Positions 60,670 to 64,000 of a stretch of DNA of 64,000 nucleotides are shown here, one piece after another. This DNA comes from Acidobacteriota bacterium (GTDB taxonomy: Bacteria > Acidobacteriota > Thermoanaerobaculia > Multivoradales > UBA5704). Position 1 is the first letter of the stretch, and the number at the start of each line of letters is the position of its first letter. The position numbers were made by a program, and so were the translations under genes. The DNA lies in contig JBEQUE010000218.1 in the NCBI GenBank assembly GCA_040349255.1, forward strand, positions 24,036 to 88,035. The letters run 5' to 3'. The notes under the pieces are model-generated. The model saw only the letters and a list, made by a program, of their open reading frames with translations, made no database searches and was not told the DNA's origin.

Positions 60670-62256
60670 CTACGGGCTGATCCGATAGACGAAGATTCCG
60701 CCGCCCAGGTCGGCCACCCGTGGATACCGGGCGAGCCACGAGAACGCATCCGGCGGGATCGGCACCATCCGGCCGTTTGCGTAGGTGGCGTAGGGATAGC
60801 CGTGCAGGAAGTTGGCGCTCACCGCCACGAAGCCCGGCCGGTCGGGTCGCGGGAAACCCCAGTCGATGCCATAGATCGCGGGGTCCACGTGGCCGAAGTA
60901 GGCGAGCCCGATCTGATCGATCCCTTCGCGGTCCATGAAGGCGCGGACGCGCTTCAAACCCTGGCCCCAATCGATGTTCGAATCGAGGAGGATGCGGTCG
61001 CCGTGGCCGCCGGCCAGGAGGTTGAAGTAGGAGATCGTGTCCGGCGTCGAGGTCAGGGCCGAGAGCGGATAGATTAGGAGAAGCGCCACGGCAACCTTGC
61101 GCGTCCGGATCCAGGGCACGAGACGGCCCGCGTAGACGAAGAGCAGCGGAAAGATCGGCAGGATGTATCGGATGCCGTAGTGAACCTTCGAGGTCGAGAA
61201 GAAGATCAGGAGCACGAGCGTCGGCAGCCAGAGAAAGGTTTCTTCGCGGCGCTTTTCATTGCGCACGAAGGGAGCCAGCAGCAGGCCGAGGAGGAGCGGC
61301 AGAGGCGTCTTGAAAAGGATGACCATCAGGTAATAGAACGGCGAGCCTTCGCGCGACCAGCGGCCCATCAGGTATTCGGGATATTCGCCGACGTCGTTGA
61401 TGAGCTGCAGCGCGTCGAGCCCTTCCAGGTAGGAGGCCGGAAGGGGCACCGGAAGAGCACCGGGAAGAACGGCGGTGGCTTTGAGAAGCTTGCTTTCAAA
61501 CCGGAACGAGCCGAGCGGGCGGCCGACGTCCTGGAAGAGATAGCCGGCGTCGATCACGATCAGGCTGATCAGGAAGATCAGGAGCACGGAGGCGAGCCGG
61601 CGCCCCCGGAGGAAGATCAGGGCGAGCAGGACGAAGACCGGATAGAGCAGCAGGGCCGTGAACTTGGAGAGCTGAGCCAACCCCAGAGCCAGGCCGCAGA
61701 AGAGAAGACTGGCTCGGGTCGGATTGCGGACGAACCGCTGAAAGAGATGGAGGGCCAGGACAAAGAAGAACGCCGACCCCACATCCACGGTGGCGAGATG
61801 GGCGTGGGCGATCAGCGACGGAAAGAAAACCGTGAGGAACAGCGACACGAGGCCGGCCTCTTCGCCGTAAAGCTCCCGCGACCAGAGGAAGACGAGCCAG
61901 CCCAGCAATATCCCGAGCACCACGACCGGCAGCCGGCCGAAAAGAAAGATCCGGTCGTAGATCGGCCGGTTCCTCTCCATGAAGCCGGTGCCATAGACCC
62001 ACGGATACCAGCCGGTGTTCTCGATCCGGGCCTCGGGATCGAGAGACGGCTGGAGCGCGAGCAGCGGGATCGCCGAGAGGACCTTGACCAGCGGCGGGTT
62101 CAGCGGAAAGAGATCGAACCGGCCGGTGGTCAGGGTGTAGTAGCCGGAAGGCAGATGGGCGAACTCGTCGACGGTCGGCGTATCCCAGCGTAGCCCGTGA
62201 ACGCAGAGGATTGCGAAGAGAACGAGGAGAAGACCGGCGGCGAGACGGGCGCTCAC
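60670..62256 (-). CDS. GT-C family (ArnT/PMT-like, GT39/GT83-type) glycosyltransferase
   Basis: ORF track 528 aa. About 11 hydrophobic helices and a first-loop motif TPTVDEFAHLPSGYY. Confidence 0.75.
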   Translation of the reverse strand: MSARLAAGLLLVLFAILCVHGLRWDTPTVDEFAHLPSGYYTLTTGRFDLFPLNPPLVKVLSAIPLLALQPSLDPEARIENTGWYPWVYGTGFMERNRPIYDRIFLFGRLPVVVLGILLGWLVFLWSRELYGEEAGLVSLFLTVFFPSLIAHAHLATVDVGSAFFFVLALHLFQRFVRNPTRASLLFCGLALGLAQLSKFTALLLYPVFVLLALIFLRGRRLASVLLIFLISLIVIDAGYLFQDVGRPLGSFRFESKLLKATAVLPGALPVPLPASYLEGLDALQLINDVGEYPEYLMGRWSREGSPFYYLMVILFKTPLPLLLGLLLAPFVRNEKRREETFLWLPTLVLLIFFSTSKVHYGIRYILPIFPLLFVYAGRLVPWIRTRKVAVALLLIYPLSALTSTPDTISYFNLLAGGHGDRILLDSNIDWGQGLKRVRAFMDREGIDQIGLAYFGHVDPAIYGIDWGFPRPDRPGFVAVSANFLHGYPYATYANGRMVPIPPDAFSWLARYPRVADLGGGIFVYRISP

Positions 62257-62259
62257 GCG

Positions 62260-62760
62260 TCAGTCCATCTCGAAGAGCGGATCGCCCCCTTCGACGGCCT
62301 GCCCGGGCTGGACGTGGATGCGCGTGATCTTGCCGTCGTGCTCGGCCCGGATCTCGTTCTGCATCTTCATGGCCTCCAGCACGACGACGCCCTGGCCCGC
62401 GGTGACCTCCTGGCCTTCCTCGACCAGCAGCGCGACCACCCGGCCGGGCATATAGGCGTTGATCTTCTGGCGCCGCTTGCCGCCGCCTCCGGCGCGAGTC
62501 TGGGAGGCGAGGTGGGTCAGCGGATCGGTGACCGCCACCGGGCCGCCACCATCCCGGGTGCTCACCCAGTAGTCCTCGCCGCGCAGGGAGACCGCGACCT
62601 CGTGGTGCGCGCCGTCGATCAACAGCGACCGGAGCCCGCCGCGGGCGGTCTTCGCGTCCACCGTCCAGGTGCGCTCGCCGATCTTGACCTCGTAGCGGTC
62701 GCCGTCCTTCCGGACCCGGACCTTCTCCTCGCGCTCTCCCTGGCGGACGATCAGCTCCAC
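62260..62760 (-). CDS. biotin carboxyl carrier / biotinyl-domain protein of an acyl-CoA carboxylase
   Basis: ORF track 166 aa. VVVLEAMKMQNEIRAEHDGKI biotinylation motif. Confidence 0.85.
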   Translation of the reverse strand: MELIVRQGEREEKVRVRKDGDRYEVKIGERTWTVDAKTARGGLRSLLIDGAHHEVAVSLRGEDYWVSTRDGGGPVAVTDPLTHLASQTRAGGGGKRRQKINAYMPGRVVALLVEEGQEVTAGQGVVVLEAMKMQNEIRAEHDGKITRIHVQPGQAVEGGDPLFEMD

Positions 62761-64000
62761 GAGCCACCCCTCAGCGCCTCGCGCCGGCCGGCGGACGCCC
62801 AGCGAGTGCGCAGCCCGGCTCCGGTCGAGCCGGTCGCGGTGCGGTGCGCGCGGTCGTAGTGCTCGATGGCGGCGGCGATGAACGACAGATCCTCGTTCGA
62901 GCCTTCAGGGGAACCGGGAGGATGGAGCTGCCCGTCGGCCAGCTTGCGGTCGAGCATGGCGATGTCCATGTTGCCGGAGAGGAAGTCGGGATCTGCGAGC
63001 AACGCCTGGAAGAGCGGCACCGTGGTGCGGATGCCCTCGATCCGCAGCTCGCCCAGGGCGCGGCGGAGGCGGTCGAGCGCGGTCGGCCGGTCCGCGGCCC
63101 AGACGATCAGCTTGGCGAGCATCGGGTCGTAGTGGATGCTCACCTCGGAGCCCTCGTAGACCCCGGCGTCGTTGCGGATGCCCGGCCCCGCGGGCCAGCG
63201 CAGCAGGGTGATCCGGCCCGGCGACGGCGCGAAGCGCTGGAACGGGTCCTCGGCGTAGAGGCGGACCTCGACGGCGTGCCCGCGCGGGTGGACGTCCTCG
63301 AACTCCGGACCGAGCGGCTCGCCCTGAGCCACCCGGATCTGCCAGTGGACGAGGTCGATGCCGGTCACCAGCTCGGTGACCGGGTGCTCCACTTGGAGGC
63401 GGGTGTTCATCTCCAGGAAGTAGAACTTCTGGTCGCGGTCGAGGAGGAACTCGCAGGTGCCGGCATTCGAGTAGCCGACCGCGGAGGCGGCGAGGACCGC
63501 GGCCTCGCCCATGCGGCGGCGCAGGTCGGGACCGACGACCGGCGACGGCGCCTCCTCCACGACCTTCTGGTGCCGGCGCTGGAGCGAGCACTCGCGCTCG
63601 CCGAGCGAGACCACGCGGCCGTGGAGGTCGCCCATGACCTGGATCTCCACGTGGCGCGGCTCGACGATGTACTTCTCCAGGTAGACCGAGTCGTCGCCGA
63701 AGCTCGCGCCGGCCTCGGAGCGGGCGGCGCGGTAGGCCGAAGCGAAGTCGGCCGCGGAGTCGATCCGCCGCATGCCCTTGCCGCCGCCGCCGGCCGCGGC
63801 CTTGAGCATGACCGGGTAGCCGATCCCTTCGGCAGCGGTCTGGGCCGTCTCCAGGTCGGGCAGCGGATCGCGGCCGCCCGGCACGACCGGCACGCCGGCG
63901 TCGATCATCAGCCGCCGGCTCTCGACCTTGGAGCCCATGGCGTCGATCGCCTCGGGCGACGGGCCGATGAAGGTGACGCCGGCCTCGCGGCAGAGGCGGG
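62751..64000 (-). CDS. biotin carboxylase subunit of acetyl/propionyl-CoA carboxylase (5' end outside the window)
   Basis: ORF 62751..63938 with the frame open to the window edge. ATP-grasp motifs YPVMLKAAAGGGGKGMR, EMNTRLQVEHPVTE. Confidence 0.9.
   Translation of the reverse strand, partial: RLCREAGVTFIGPSPEAIDAMGSKVESRRLMIDAGVPVVPGGRDPLPDLETAQTAAEGIGYPVMLKAAAGGGGKGMRRIDSAADFASAYRAARSEAGASFGDDSVYLEKYIVEPRHVEIQVMGDLHGRVVSLGERECSLQRRHQKVVEEAPSPVVGPDLRRRMGEAAVLAASAVGYSNAGTCEFLLDRDQKFYFLEMNTRLQVEHPVTELVTGIDLVHWQIRVAQGEPLGPEFEDVHPRGHAVEVRLYAEDPFQRFAPSPGRITLLRWPAGPGIRNDAGVYEGSEVSIHYDPMLAKLIVWAADRPTALDRLRRALGELRIEGIRTTVPLFQALLADPDFLSGNMDIAMLDRKLADGQLHPPGSPEGSNEDLSFIAAAIEHYDRAHRTATGSTGAGLRTRWASAGRREALRGGSWS

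Overview
High-G+C bacterial chromosomal segment. I saw no rRNA, transposase, integrase or CRISPR-cas. The backbone is housekeeping: gltX, tkt, serS, pdxA, purD, pta, rph, mpl, pyrF, mutS2, dnaG, rpoD, acs, pepE, an acyl-CoA carboxylase, three clear tRNAs (Ser-GCU, Ser-UGA, Asn-GUU) and one degenerate tRNA-Gln-like sequence. A surface-glycan cluster lies at about 14.0-23.6 kb, with a giant GT-C membrane protein, three GT2 genes, a GT4 gene and a WbaP-type priming transferase. A vapBC module and a palindrome array interrupt it. Many long ORFs in the track are antisense or alternative-frame artefacts of the high G+C and were not called. The regions most worth a second look are: (1) an ABC-type ATPase plus small Toprim-like protein wedged between tkt and tRNA-Ser, a candidate AbiL/PARIS/OLD-like defence pair; (2) the mpl-pyrF interval (38.4-41.4 kb), which holds an XRE regulator, a lipoprotein with a Cys/Ser/Gly-rich tail, a strictly phased 13 x 20-bp non-coding repeat array, and a ~590-bp element of ~110-bp inverted repeats flanking 17 x 21-bp heptad-coding repeats; (3) a TPR-CHAT protease coupled to a low-G+C Cys-rich ORF next to the tRNA-Gln-like sequence; (4) a duplicated DUF4331-like/DUF4198-like secreted pair upstream of an ECF sigma/anti-sigma pair; (5) two vapBC modules whose PIN genes both lack a canonical start codon and share a CTGAGC stop/start junction. 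All family assignments come from motif recognition by eye. No database search, HMM scan or covariance model was run.
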